Below are positions 27,581-41,353 of a stretch of DNA of 64,000 nucleotides, one piece after another (the first letter of the stretch is position 1; every line of letters begins with the position of its first letter). The position numbers and the translations under genes are program-made. The DNA comes from Lama glama. Its lineage: Eukaryota. Where the stretch lies: the NCBI GenBank assembly GCA_028534125.1, contig CM052817.1:93622001-93686000 (forward strand). Reading direction: 5' to 3'. Under the pieces are notes generated by a model that was not told where the DNA came from, did no database searches, and worked only from the letters and a program-made list of their open reading frames with translations.

Positions 27581-29319
27581 CAGATTTGTTAGCACTGCCT
27601 TTTTACAATATGCGAATTAACATACACATAATACATGCATGATTTTTCTCTGATAGGATGTACAATAAAACGGTTTCAAGATTACAGGAATAAAGGACTG
27701 TTCCATGCTACTATCAAGGTCAACTCTACTTTGAATTAATAGGGGTTAATGGGATCCCACAGTACAGACACTAATTACACTATAGCAGACTCTTAATATT
27801 TGGGGGAGCTATAGCTAGAGATCCTTGGGAAATCTAAAGTTCACAACACATAGATTTTTGTAAAGATCTCCAATTTTTCACAAATATAATTTCTGTCCAT
27901 AGTCCCACGGTCTCTGAAAATACCTGTCCATCACACATTACAAAGAAAAATGTTTAAATCACTACACAAAAAGCTATACAATAAAAAAAATGAGGAATGC
28001 AAAGAGTATCGATATTTAGATGCTGGTGGTTGGCTAGATTCCCTCATCAGTTAATGGCTTAGTCCCACACATCAGTCTCACAGTGTGTATTACTGAAAGC
28101 CATACCTTAAATTACACTAAAAAATTATATCATGACCCTTAGGGTTGTTTGTAAATAACCAAGTCCTCCAAGGTTGAATCCACAAATATCATGAGTTTGT
28201 TGTATAAAATAGCCAGTGTGCTCTGCATTCCTCCAGGCTATAGAACGATTCTTGGTTAAGAGAAACTCATGCTTAAATTCAGTGACAATGGTCAAAATAA
28301 ACCCTCAACCACCCAAACATGTTCAAGGCTAGAGTCTTTACACCCCTGATTTGTAATCGTTCATTCTACTCAGTGTCTCTCCTTGAGTACCAGGAGTTTC
28401 CAGCCCACCAGAAGGCTCCATGCCTACAGCCACTGTTGATTGCACACAGCTGATGTACATTGACTCCAGTGCGCACACGATCATAGCTGCCCTGCATCAC
28501 CGTCCCTCTGGGTCACAGACTCTCAGTGATGGCAGCTGGGAGGGGGAACTCCTGCAGACAGGGACCCCGGCTCACTGCCCACTGTCCTCCCTGCTCCCTG
28601 CAGCAAGACTGGCCCAGCATCAGTGAGCAGTTCACAGCAGGGAGCCACCGTCTAGCCACCCAGAGGGGGCGCAAAATGGCCATGAGAGGAAATGAGATTT
28701 AGTGATATAATGAGGGAATACTCTGTTACTAATTTCATAAAATTTAGCTTGTGAGACAACTTAAAAAATCTGGTGCTATTCCAGGCGCCAAGTGTCTTAC
28801 TTCCCAAGCACAGTGTCTCCTGGAGTTCAGAGGAAACAGCACAGATGAAAGGGGGAAATAGCCCTGAGTTCATCATCTGTGAAACTTGTCAGCCACAGCA
28901 GAAATCTGATAGAAAACCCTGGGTGAAGGGCACACACATCTTCCTTCACCTTGCCTTGCCAAAGTGGATCATGTCAACACAGCTTCCAGGAACTGCAACA
29001 GAGAGGACAGTGCGAAAGTCTGAGTTTCTTCCATCCCTTGTCGTTCCTCCAATTTCATCTTCTCTTGTTGAAGATGGGCCACCAAAAATTATAATTCCTT
29101 AATCAAAATATCACATTGAAGTAGCAATATGGCAAACTGTCATCACAATGGTGAAACCATAATTTAAATAATATGTTCTAGTGGGAATGAAGGAAAATGT
29201 GATGCTACGTACAAAGGGCAGATCAAGAAATGAATCTAAACATGAGGTTAAAGATTACATCTCAGGAGTAGATTTAAAAAAGGCATGGAAGAAATTCATT
29301 TATTTAAAACCTAAATTGA

Positions 29320-29420
29320 GGCATGCAGGAGGTCCTGGATACAATCCCCAGTACCTCTGTTAAAACAATAAATAAATAAACCTAATTACCTCCCCCTCAA
29401 AATTAAAAAAATAAATAAAG
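29320..29420 (+). mobile_element. 5'-truncated tRNA-derived SINE of camelid type (Vic-1-like)
   Basis: gcatgca..gaggtcctgg..caatccccagtacctc..aaataaataaacctaattacctcccc plus A-rich tail; matches my recollection of the camelid SINE. Confidence 0.7.
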
Positions 29421-30524
29421 CAAGGATTCTTTCTGAGAAATCTGGGTTCACCTGATTTAACACAAAATCATAACGCCAGAATCTGAGACCAAGTATGAGG
29501 AGTAGGGCTCATTTAGACTAACTTCCTTATTTTAAAGATGAAAGAACTTAGGTATAAAAAAGTGAAGGATGTTCACAAGAATTACACAGACAATGAGCAG
29601 GAGAAGAACTCAGGTCTTCAGAGTTTGTTCAAATCTGTAATCTTGTTTTCAGTATTTTCTCATTCTTTTTTGTATCTCTGAGTTTAACCTTCTTATTATT
29701 TTTTTCCCCGAAGACTCACTTAAAGCATAACATTTGAGGGAATTTTTTGGGATGATGGAACTGCTCTGTATCCTGATTGTACTGGTACTTCCACAAATCT
29801 ATACATATATTAAAATTCATAGAAGTTCACACCACAGAAAGTAAATTTAAAACATCTAAAAAATAACCTTCAATGTTACTGAAGAAACTGAGCTTTTTAC
29901 CAAGTGTATCTGAATTCTTCATACTATCATTTCTTATTTATTTTCAATAGAAAACCAAGAATAAAATCAGGACATTTTAACCCCTCTGTCCATTACTCAC
30001 TGACTCCATTGTATTTGATGGCCTGCTGCTTTACTGACTGCAATGTCTTTATCATCACATATAAATGTAAAATAAGGAAATAAGAATGAACTGTAAGTCC
30101 TTCCTCCTATGATGGACCGAATCTGACTCTCCCCTTCAAAAAAGAGAGAGAGAATTTCTGTGTGTGAGAAACTAACCAGTAGAGAGGTAAGCTATATGGT
30201 TCTAAATTTTAAAAATTATATCCTTTTAGGTCAGTTCTCAACAGTTTATGCTGAAATAGATACTGATTACAGCTGCCTGCCTTTATGGAGTTCCTGAGCG
30301 CTAGACACTGTGTTAGATGGGGGTCAATTATATCCAGTCCAGAACAATTATTCAGGAGGAAAAGAAATATTTCTTAATGTCAATCATCTGTATTTAACGC
30401 AAACATGAAGAATAAATCCAGAAGATCACGGAAAGGACATGACTGTCAATTACACAGTAGGATTTAAATTGCAACTTCATCTCCTTTCTCACTCGGAGAT
30501 ATTTGACAATTTTCTTAAAAAACA

Positions 30525-30930
30525 TCTTTGAGTCTCCGTTTTCTCACTGATAAATGTAATAATCCTCCCTTCCTCCATAGATAATTGTGTGGACAAAATG
30601 TTATGATGCATACAAATAACAGTTCACATTTATTTAGTGTTTGCCATGTATAAGACACTATTCCAAGTGTTCTAAATATTATAATTTATTAGTCTGCAGA
30701 AAAAGTCTAGAGACAACTGTTATTATTATCCTCATCTTACAGATAATAAAACAGACACAAAAGGTTAAGTAACTTACTGACGAGCATATAGTTACATTGG
30801 AAACTGAGATTTGGACTCAAATATTCTGGTTCCAGAGTCCATTTGCTTGAACAACTTCACCATTATTGCCTCGTGTATAAATGACTTGGCACAGAGTAGA
30901 TGCTCAATGAATGGTTGCTGCTATAACTAT
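30525..30930. mobile_element. MIR (-) nested inside MIR (+)
   Basis: Forward MIR core 30525-30620 resumes near 30875 (ttggcacagagtagatgctcaatgaatg) around a reverse MIR. Confidence 0.6.
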
Positions 30931-32094
30931 AGATTTTTATTTTTATGGCAAATTAATCTCACCAGGCTCCCAGAAACTCAAAGTGGGACAGGGCTACAAA
31001 TGCTAATGATATAAATGAAACCATTTTGCTAACACTGTGATACTTTCCACACCGTTTTCCCTTCACCAGTGCAGCAAAGTCAGAGATTTCTTTTTAATGC
31101 TGATGTTAATCAAAAGTGAAGGTTTATTTTTTTTTTAAGAAAGTTCTCACCCTTTAATCTCTCTCCCAAGCTCTGTACTCAGATGCCGAACTGCTTCCAA
31201 GCACCTCTGTGTGCATGGTATACCTGTTCAATAAGGAATTGTGGTAGATGAAGAGATGGAACATAAAACGGAGGGAAAAAATGGAAGCTTTTTCAGTTCA
31301 GTCCTGATAAAAGAATTGCCTTACATTGAGAAGAGAGCCCATGAGTGGAGAAGGAGGAAGGAACTCATCAGGAAAACTCCCTGGACCAAGAGCAGAAGAT
31401 AGGCAAGGGGGCTTAGAAGAGGAACATCAGTGAAGGTCACTAGTGATCCAGGAGAAGCAAAAAGATGGGCACAGCAGATCATAGCCTTGGTAGAAAACAG
31501 AAGCTACCACGGGATATGGACATCTCGGACCCTTATTTTTTTAATTAAAAAAATGCTGTTTTAAGCCATGGGAATTGGATTTTGCCAAGAGGCATAAAGA
31601 CATTTGGCCCGTGAGAGTCCTCTGTAGGCTCCCAAATGCCCTCTTATCTCAGACATGAGTGCACTTCTGACTGCCTGAGGCAACCTATGTGAATAGCCTG
31701 CATGTGATGCCGCCAAACAGAATCATCTTCACTTCCTCCAGTTTCCTTGTTCAAGGTCTATCACAGCCTCAAGGTGTGTGTATATCTTCCAACCTCTCCA
31801 TTCCTGTTGTACCTGCTCTGATTCAGGTTGACACCGTCTTTTTTTCGGGACTAGTGGGACACCCTCTAAAAGTCAAGGGTGGTAAACGCATCATGCCTTT
31901 GCTGCTGCCCCCCACTCCTTTGCTTAATTATGAGGCTCCTTCCGCCTCGGTGCATCCTAAGCACGATGTGCTAGGAAGCCCCACCACATGACTGGAAGTG
32001 GCACACAAGATGGCGCCTATTGGCTGTATCTTCTTACCTTTCTAATCTATCATTCATACTTTGCCAGGGTCACCCTCCTAAAACAGAGAGCCTC

Positions 32095-32660
32095 TGTGGT
32101 GACAGAATCCTAAGGTGGCCTCCAGTGGTCTCATCCCTGGATACAAGCCTTGTATAAGTCCTTCCTTTAAAATGCGGGTAAAACTTGCGTATGACAGACT
32201 ATTATCTCCATGATTAAGTTAATAATCAACTGGCTTTGAATTTGTCAAAAAGAAGTAACCTAAGCAGGTAAACCCTTTAAAGGGATATGGCTGTTCCTAC
32301 AGTTAGAGATTTGACCTGAGGCAGAGTCTCTGACACTGGCTACAAGGACTAAGAGAGCCATGTGGCAAGGACCTCAGAGCCACCTCTATGAGCTGAGATC
32401 AACCTCCAGCCAACAGTCACCAAGAAGGCAGGGACCTTGATTTTACAGCCACAAATAACTGGATTCTGCCAACAACCATGAGACTTCGAAGAGGACCCTG
32501 AGTTCCAAGTAGGATTTTAGCCCAATTTACACCTTGATTTCAGCCTCAAGAGATCCCAAGCTTCTGCCCTAAAGAACCATGAACCAATACATGGACATTG
32601 TTTAAAGTCACTGAGTTTGCAGGAATTTTTACACAATATTTTTTTAAAAACTTAATATAT
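32095..32660 (+). mobile_element. MaLR LTR (MLT1E-like)
   Basis: tgtggtgacagaatcctaaggtggcc..ggattctgccaacaacc..caccttgatttcagcct..gtttaaagtcactgagtttg. Confidence 0.8.
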
Positions 32661-33879
32661 CCCTCCTGCATTTTTCCATTTGAAGAATCTATCTCCCTCA
32701 AATGGCAGAAAAAGTTAATTGTTCCTAACACTTGACATTTCCTCAAATAAATAAATATTATTTAATGCTCTAGGAAGACTATTTCTTCCATTCTGTGGTA
32801 TACATCTCCATCCAAACATATCAACAAAGCTGTTTCCTCAGTGCATCACTCATCTAAATGAAAGCTTCACACAACTAAGCTATGATTAAAGGACTCTGCT
32901 TGAGAGATGCTTGCAGGTGGCTATCTACATTGTCACTAAAGCTGTGGATACACAGCTCCCTGGTACAAGAGCCCTTCACTGTGACACCAGAGCATAACCT
33001 AAATGACACTCTTCCATTTTCCCACCTCTATGGAATATCAGTGCATTTCAGCCAGCTCCCCACTCATAAAACATATTCTTTGAAGGTGTCATCCAAGAGC
33101 ACCATTTGCCTGTTGTGATTATTCTATGAATGCTCTGGTTGCTTATATTTTTCTTTGATTCATCTTTCTGATGCACATTTCATAAACATATGACCCCACT
33201 ATGTTATGGAATCCCTAATGTTTCATTTCTTTGCAATGAAAGTGTGTTTATTCCCTATGACAGGTTGATTCTTCCCACAGAGTCCTCCAAACAAATGATA
33301 AACACAGTAAGTGCCCAGGCGGCATGACAGGGAAGGTGTATGGCAGGGAGAGAACAAAGGAAACATAAAAGAGATGACACAAACCATTTCTTTCCTAAGA
33401 AATAATCCATTACTGTTCACAATATGTTCGTAAGAGGCAATAAAAAAATCTGCTTCTCTCACACTTCATTTATTACCCTTTTTTCACCCATTTTTTATGG
33501 AAGCAAGATTTAGCCATCCTGCAATTAACAATTCAGTAAATAAAATATACTACTACACAGATGACCATTCATAAGATTCTATAATGTGTTATTTGAATTA
33601 ATAGTAAGTTTTGCAAAACTACAAAATCTACAAAAGTAATTGCATTTATATGTATGTCAAAAATAAACAAAAATAAAATTTTAAAAGATAATATACACAT
33701 AAAAATGTAACAAAAATCAAATACCTAGAAAAAAATCTAACAAATAATGTGCAAAATCTCTATAGAGAAATCTATAAAATATTATTGGGGCATTAAAGAA
33801 AAAAATGATTTTTTAATGTGGCCTTATTATTTTTAAATTTTCAAAAAATTACCTGCAATTATTCTTACAATTTCATTTT

Positions 33880-35940
33880 GTTGTTAAAAATGTTGAAATG
33901 TCTAATAGGTGTATAGTATTATCTCATTATTGCTTTAGTTTGCATTTCCTTGATGGCATACAGTGTGGAGCATCTTTTCATATGTTTATTTGCCATGTGT
34001 ATATCTTTTCTGGTGAAGTGTCTGTTCAGATCCTATTTTGTAAACATGTTGTTTGTTTTCTTATTGCTGAGTTTTAAGAGTTCCTTGTATATTTTCAGTA
34101 TCATTCCTTTACCAGATGTGTCTTTTGCAAATATTTTCTCCCAGTATGTGGACTGCTTTCTCATTTTGCTAAAAGTATCTTTCATAGAAAAGACAACTGT
34201 AATTTTAATGAAGTCCAGCTTATCAATTATTTCTTTCATGGATCAAGTCTTTGGTGTTGTATCACCATACCATCTAGGTTTTCCTCTGTGTTATATTCTA
34301 GGAATTTTACAATTTTGTGTTTTACTTTTAAGTCTATGATCCATTTTGAATTAATTTTTGTGAAGGCTTTAAGATCTGTATCCAGATTCTTTTTTTTTTT
34401 TTGCATGTGAATGCCCAGTTGTTCCAAAACCATTTGTTGAAAAGCCCATCTTTGCTCCATTGTATGCCTTTGCTCTTTTGTCAAAGATCAGTCCACTGTA
34501 TTTATGGGGGATCTATTTCTGATCTCCCTTCTCTTTCATTGATCTATTTGTCTTTTTTTTGACCAATACTACACTGTCTTGATTACTGTAGCTTTATGTT
34601 AAGTCTTGAAGTAAGGTAATGTCAGCTTTCTATTTGGTTCTTCTCCTTCAATACTGAGTTGGTAATTCTGGATCTTTGGCATCTCCATATAAATTTTAGA
34701 ATCAGTTTTTCCACAAAGAAACTCACTGGGAGTTTTGCTGGAATTGCCTTGAGTCTATAGGTCAAGCTGAGAGAATCTGACTACTTGACAATATTGAGTC
34801 TTCCTATCCACTAACATGGAATATCTCTCCAAATATTTAGTTCTTTGTTTATCTAATTAATTGAAGTTTTATAGTTAATCCACATAAAAATCTTATATAT
34901 AATTTGTGAGATTTATATCTAGTATTTAGTTGTTTTGATTGTTAATATAATATTAATGTGTTTTTCATTTCAAATTACTCATGTTCATTGCTGATTTATA
35001 GGGAAGTGATTGTGTATTCACCATGTATCCTGCCACCTTGCCATAATTGCTTATGAGTTCTAGAGTGTTTTTTCTGATTCTTTAGGTTCTTCCACAAAGA
35101 TAATCATGTCATCAGTAGAAAGACAGCTTTATTTCTTCCTTCTCAATCTGTCTACCATTTATTTCCTCTTCTTATCTGATTGCATTAGCTAGGATGTCCA
35201 GTATGATGTTGAAAAGCATAGACGTGAACAAACATCTTTGTCATGGTCCCAATCAGAAAGCTTCTAGTTTCTCACCATCAAGTATAATTTTAGCTGTAGG
35301 GTTTAATAGATGTTTTTTTATCAAATTGAGGAAGTTCCCCTCTATTTCAAGTTTGCTAAGAGTTTTCATCATGCTGGAAGTTGCATTTTGTCAAATGATT
35401 TTTCTACATCTATTGATATGATCATAAAATTTTTCATAACTTGTTGATGTGATGGATTATATTAACTGATTTTTGAATGTGGAACCAGCCTTGCGTATCT
35501 GGGGTAAATTTGCTTGGTCATGATGTATAATTTCTTTTCGTACATTATTAGATTTGATTTACTAATCTTTTGTTAAGGATTTTCCATCCCACTCATGAGA
35601 AATATTGGTCTGTAGTTTTCCCTTTTTTGTAATGTCTTTGTCTGTTTTGCATTCAAGTAATACTGATCTCATAGAATGAAGTGGGACATAGACTCTCTAC
35701 TTCTGCCTTCTGGAAGAGACTGCAGAGAATTCATGTGATTTCTTCCTTAAATGTCTGAACCCATTTGGACCTGATGCTTTCTGTTTTTAAAGGGTATTAA
35801 TTATTAATTGAATTTCTTGAATATATAGAGGCCAATTTAGATTTTCTACTTTTTCTTGAGTGAGTTTTGTCACATTGTGTCTTACAAGGGAATTGGTCCA
35901 TTTAATCTAGGTTGTCAAATTTGTGTGTATATAGTTGTCT
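33880..35940 (-). mobile_element. Old LINE-1 ORF2 fragment
   Basis: Minus-strand peptides IDKLDFIKI..KDT..KMRKQ.T.WEKIFA..SGKG.I.KIYKELL.L and TKINSKWI.DL.VK are typical of L1 ORF2. Confidence 0.9.
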
Positions 35941-36529
35941 ATGTTAAAATGCTTCCTCCGGAATATTTTCACAGGTATTAACTCTGCCTCTTCTCAAAGC
36001 ACTGCTTTTTGACAAATATTTTTATAAGATATAATTTATCAAATATACCATAGGCACAGCCAGTGACAGACAGACAAAAACATCAAATAGTATAGTTTTC
36101 CCACCACCATGCTGGATCAGAATGAGCTAGCTATCTCTAGCTCTTCATGTTTGAGTGCACCTCATTCTACCAGTGAGTGTTATGCTTGCTGTCTTGAATG
36201 GGTGATGCTAATAGCACTGTGGTAGGAATTAGCTGAAAAAAGAGAGGTGGATCACTGCTGGCTGTTTCCAGATGTAACCACAAATAAAAGTGAGAATTCT
36301 TATCGCTGTACACGTGTCTCATCCACTTCTAGATGAGACCATGCAGGAACTGAAATTATAAAGTAGAGGTCTAGCAAAACTTGCCCTGCTTATTGTAATT
36401 TAATAATAATAATGATAATGATAATAATAAAAATTGAAAGATTAAAAAAACCTCAGAAAAATATTAAATTAGACAGGATACTAGGAGCATAGGTGTAAAC
36501 CAGGACAGTCATAGGCAAACCAGGAAAGA

Positions 36530-38080
36530 ACATACATTGCAATTCTATGAATTCAATGCAGTTTTAATAAAAATGTGAATTCAATGAAATTTTAATAAAA
36601 TATTAACAGTTTTTCTAGCTGTACCTAACAAGTTAATTTGAAAATGTCAAAGGAAGAACCAAGACACTCTTTTAGAAGAATGACAAGGTGGAAGGTCTTC
36701 TCTACTGCAAATCAAAATGTATTATAAAGCTACAGTAATTAAGATTAGCCAGCATTGGTACAAGGGTGAAATAATAGATAAATGGAATGAAACAGAGAGC
36801 CTAGACATAGAATTATTAATATATGAATAGTTGAATTACTAGAAAGTTGATACTGCAGAGCTGTGGGATAAAGATAACTTTTCAATAACTTGTGCTAGGA
36901 CAATTAGATATCTACATTTAAAAAATGGTCTAAATATGGAAGCTAAAATAGCAAAGGTTCAAAAACATAGTATATTATAATATAACATCAACAACTCAGC
37001 AGAGGGAAACATTTCTTAAACGAATTTAAACAGCACTAAACATAAAATAAATGAGGGATAAATTAGACTACATCAAAATTAAGAACTTCTGTTCATCAAC
37101 ATTCACATTAAGAGAGTAAAGAGGCAATCTAGAAAGCTGGAGGAGATTTTTTGAAGCAGACTATCAAGAACTCCTACAATTAAAAAAAAAATTCAACACA
37201 ATGGAGCCTTTAAATAGCATTCGCAGAAAGAAGATAGCCAAATTGTTAATAATCATATGAAAAAGTGCTCAAGCTCATTAGTCTTCAGGGAAATGCTAAT
37301 TAAAGCCACAATGAGATGCCACCACACACCCAGTCAAATGGCTAAAATTGAAAAGAATTCCAACTACCTATATTGGTGAGGACATGAAGCAGAGAGAGCT
37401 CTCTTTTATTGCTGATGGGAATATAAATTGGTACCACTTGGAAAACCTCTTTGATGATATCTGTTAATATTATGGATAGACATAACCTGAGATGCAAAAA
37501 TTGCATTCCTAGGTATGTTTCCATCAGAAATATATGCACACGTGCCCTAAGAGACATGTGCAAGAATGTTTCCAGCAATATTATCTACAATTTTCCCAAC
37601 CAGAAACAAATCAAATATCTATCAACAACAGACTCAATAGCTAAAATGTGGTATATTTATACAATGAAATGCACCCAAAATTTTTAAAGCTACAGCTTCT
37701 CAATACTATGATGAATATCAGAAACAAGCAAAAGAAGATAGGAAAGAATCATGTGTGCTTTACAAAATTTATATAATAAATAAAGTCCAAAAATAGGAGA
37801 GGGTATACAACATGATTAGGCAGGAGACATACTTTGGTGGTAAAACCACGAAGAAAAACAAGAAAATGATTAAATCAAAGTAACCCTAATGATTCTATTT
37901 AAGGGGCTGGGGGTGGACAAGTCAATGGAGGCACAGAAGGGGTGGCGATGTCTTACCCTTGACCTCACAATGGTTACAGGGGTGTTCACTTTGATAAATC
38001 ATTAAGGAGTGTGTTGTGTGTGTGTGTGTGTGCAATTTTCCACATTTTTTCTATATCTCAAATTTTTAAAAAAGATAAAA
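36530..38080 (+). mobile_element. Old LINE-1 (ORF2 3' part plus 3'UTR), with a (TG)n near its end
   Basis: tattataaagctacagtaattaaga..attagactacatcaaaattaagaacttctgttcatcaa..aaatgtggtatatttatacaatg. Confidence 0.85.
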
Positions 38081-38714
38081 TCTATTGTAACAACTATCCT
38101 CATTCAATTCTCATCTCACTTCATTGTTTGGAATATAATAAGCTCAGCCTTATTCGCCTGCAAGGCTTACCGTGAAAATACTTAACAGTCAATTGTGTGG
38201 AGGTTTAGGTAAGGATTCCATAAAATTTCAAGTTAAGACGGAGAGCAACAAATTACTAAACAGGATGCGTGCTGCTGAGTGACGTTTTTTTCCATTCTGA
38301 ATCACATGTGAACAGAACATGATCAAGAAAATCAAGACAACAGCAGGAATCTATACCAACTCCCCACATGAGAATATCTGCTTCTACTTGTCATGAATAT
38401 TACAATAATATTTTCTAATTAGAGTTTCAAAGAATCAGCAGGTGATATTCTTTCTCTTCAAAGTGTTTAAAATTATGGGCCAATTAGATATGAAATCATA
38501 TCACAGGATTATGATTTCTGTTTAGATTATTAAAACTTAAGACAGAGGGTTTTTTTTTTTTGCCCAACTTCAGTGCTTAAAAGAATATTATTGTAACTAG
38601 CTTTAGTTAACTTCAACAACATAAAATGACAGCTAATTCAACTCCAGGAAAAATTTTTATTTATTTTGTGGTTGCATTTGAAGACCAAACAGAACCTTAG
38701 CTTTATAATATTAA

Positions 38715-38897
38715 TTTATTCTATGGAAAAAATATATATGCAAGATCTGTTATAGATGATTGTATAATACAATTACTGAAAACCAAGATGCATATGAAAA
38801 CGAATGTGTGTATGTATGTGCATGACTGGGACACTGTGCTGTGAATGAGGGACTGAAATATTGTAATTGATGGTACTTCAATCAAAAAAAAAAAAAG
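38715..38897 (+). mobile_element. Short LINE-1 3' end with poly-A
   Basis: gaatgtgtgtatgtatgtgcatgactgggacactgtgctgt..ttgtaattga..tacttcaatcaaaaaaaaaa. Confidence 0.65.
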
Positions 38898-39284
38898 AAA
38901 AGTCAAGATGTAGTATTTAAAACTTCGTTGATATTTTATGTTGTTAGTCATCAACAAATAAAAATATATAGGAGACAGTAGACATTAAATCCATTCATTA
39001 ATTCTAAATTTTGCTTCTCACAATTACAACAATACAAAAAAAGGGAAGGACATTTATAAACTCTAATGGAGAGTTTCAGTAAAATTATAGTCAATAGAAT
39101 TGGACAAAATTTCAGTGAAGGAAATGCCCTATTGACTGAAAAGAGGTCACAGGATTTGGCAATGAGGATGTAGAGGTGATCTTAGAATGGATAATTCTGT
39201 GCAGTAGTAGAAGCAGAAGTCAGCAAAACAAAGTGGGAATCAAGGAAGAGGACAAGTCAGTTGCTTTCTTCCTCCTTCCGTTGG

Positions 39285-39680
39285 TATAAAACCCCCAGAT
39301 TTACCTAGATATGTAGCTGTCCTCATACCAAGACATATATTTCTCATCCTGCTCACAGAAGCTACGTGTGGCCATGAGCCTAACTATTGACCCATGGGAT
39401 GTGATGTTTCAATTTGTGTGCTCTACACACCCTCTTCTCCAATTCTCACTTTTAGGAAAGAAGACACGACGGTCAAGTTACAGAAGCGTTTTTAGACCAC
39501 GAAGCAGCAGCTGAAGCCAGGTGTTGAGGCTGGTGAAACAGTACAGGAGGAGTCTGGGTCTCTGCCTCTGGACTCCTTGCTCAGAATGGGGCATAAAACG
39601 GAAATAAACTCCATCTTTCAAGCCACTGACACACTGCTGTTTTTTTTTCAGCGGTGGAACCTGTTTTAATTAACACTGCA
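39285..39680 (+). mobile_element. Old MaLR LTR (MLT1J/K-like)
   Basis: gctacgtgtggccatgag..ggaggagtctgggtctctg..gaaataaactccatctttcaagccactg. Confidence 0.6.
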
Positions 39681-40224
39681 AACAATAATGACAAGGAAAA
39701 TAAAAAGCGTTAGAAGAAAAGGAATGAAATTGTAATAACAGTAAGCGGCTCAACAGTGAGCAACATGCACAACTAAACACAGTACAGGATTTCACCAAAG
39801 AGTGAAATCATCACTTTACTGGTAGAAAGGAAAAAGGATATGAGCAGGCGAAAATTTGAGAACTAAATCCTCAAATTTCATGGAGAGAAATTTATAGATA
39901 TTGTGTAAAATTAAATGCATAAATAAAGATACAGCTGTTTAGACCTGCTATTAAGTGGGGAGGGGAGGAAATACCAAAAGAAATGGCTAAAACAGTTGAA
40001 GGTATCTGTTTTAGGAAAGTGGGATTTAGGAACAAGGAGAGATGGAACAGGGATATGCTGGGTTTTTGTTGTATTTTAGAGAACACTTTATGTACATGTA
40101 TCATTTTAAAAAATAAAAATATCTGAAAAGCAAAATGCAGTAAGCACGGGAACTAAAACCCTATACATATAATGCCAGGCACCAACCCTTCCCTGTTTTT
40201 TTGGTACAGAGAAGACAGACAGAC

Positions 40225-40460
40225 CTGAAGGAAGAGATGCCAAGAAAAGAAGTAGAAAGGTCAATGAAGATAACTTGGGGAAAAAGAAAATGTTCATCTG
40301 CATCACGGTTTTGCTTAATCCTGCCAGTTGTGTATGGAGAAACAGAAGCTGTCCTCAGAGATGGTCGATCTCTTTTATGACTTCTGGTGCGCGCAGTTCA
40401 AACGAAGTACTGCTGACAGCCCTGCGTGATTTCAGTAAATCCTGAAAGACTTTTCTGTAG
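40225..40460 (-). pseudogene. Pseudo-exon, 236 nt, phase 0->2: LQKSLSGFTEITQGCQQYFV*TARTRSHKRDRPSLRTASVSPYTTGRIKQNRDADEHFLFPQVIFIDLSTSFLGISSF(R)
   Basis: ctgtgctccctccatag|CTA and TTCAG|gtctgt. One TGA in 78 codons; both phases match the neighbouring exons. Confidence 0.7.
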
Positions 40461-41134
40461 CTATGGAGGGAGCACAGTGTAGTTGAAGGAGCGTGGACGA
40501 CAAAGAGAATAGACCTGAATTGTAACCCTCTCTCCCTTGTCACCATAGTCACCTTAAGCAAGTTACTCCACCAAGCCCCAATTTCCTCATAAATGATGTG
40601 GCAGGGATAATACCCTCCACACTAGATGGGTGTGAGAATCAAATAAGATAGCAAATAAGGGTCTTGCCCACAGCAGATGAGGATAAATGGCACCTTCCTC
40701 TTGTCCTTCATTGTTTTATTGTTTTCCAACATTTGTAGCAAGTGATTTACTGATTAGTAAGTCCTAAATAAATATCTGCTTATTGATTTTGTGCATTCAA
40801 ATTCTCTCTCTCTCACTCTTTCTCTCTCTTTTATCGCACTTAGGTTCTACTCTGAACTTCCAAATGCCTCAAAATTTGACACAAGGTAAATTCAATTTCT
40901 TATAAAGGAACTCACTACTTCTTAGTACCATTTCCTCTACAAAAAAAAAAAAGGTGTTTTCTTGGTTAATTCGCCTAATGCACTACTAAACTGTAATTCA
41001 CCTTTACTTGAGAGTATGAAACAATAAATTTGAGTCAATTTATTGGCTCAAAAAAACTAAATTGCCTCAAACTAGCAGCAAAATACATAAAATGAGTTAG
41101 TAAACTGAGACCATAAAGGGCAATGTTGTCTTAC

Positions 41135-41353
41135 CTCTGTTCTACACAGTTCCCTGCAAATACAATGGTAATGAGTCAGTCTTAAGGAGATCCACAGACT
41201 CAAAATTCTGGTAGAATTGTGTCATTTCAAGGGAATAGCGAAGAGCTTGCTTGATTAAATCTTTCTTGTTTACTTTTCCACATATTTTTGGATTTTCTAA
41301 AGTTCTTGTTTTCAAAGCCAGACTTCCCTCCTTCCCTGAATAGTGTCTCCTAC
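41135..41353 (-). pseudogene. Pseudo-exon, 219 nt, phase 0->0: VGDTIQGRREVWL/LKTRTLENPKICGKVNKKDLIKQALRYSLEMTQFYQNFESVDLLKTDSLPLYLQ/ELCRTE
   Basis: ttttttctcttttgaatattag|GT and AGAG|gtaaga. Long internal open frame; needs one 1-nt deletion near the start and one 1-nt insertion near the end. Confidence 0.75.

Noticed and set aside
33950..35421. Several ORFs with hydrophobic or K-rich translations
   Set aside because: Sense and antisense fragments of decayed L1 ORF2.
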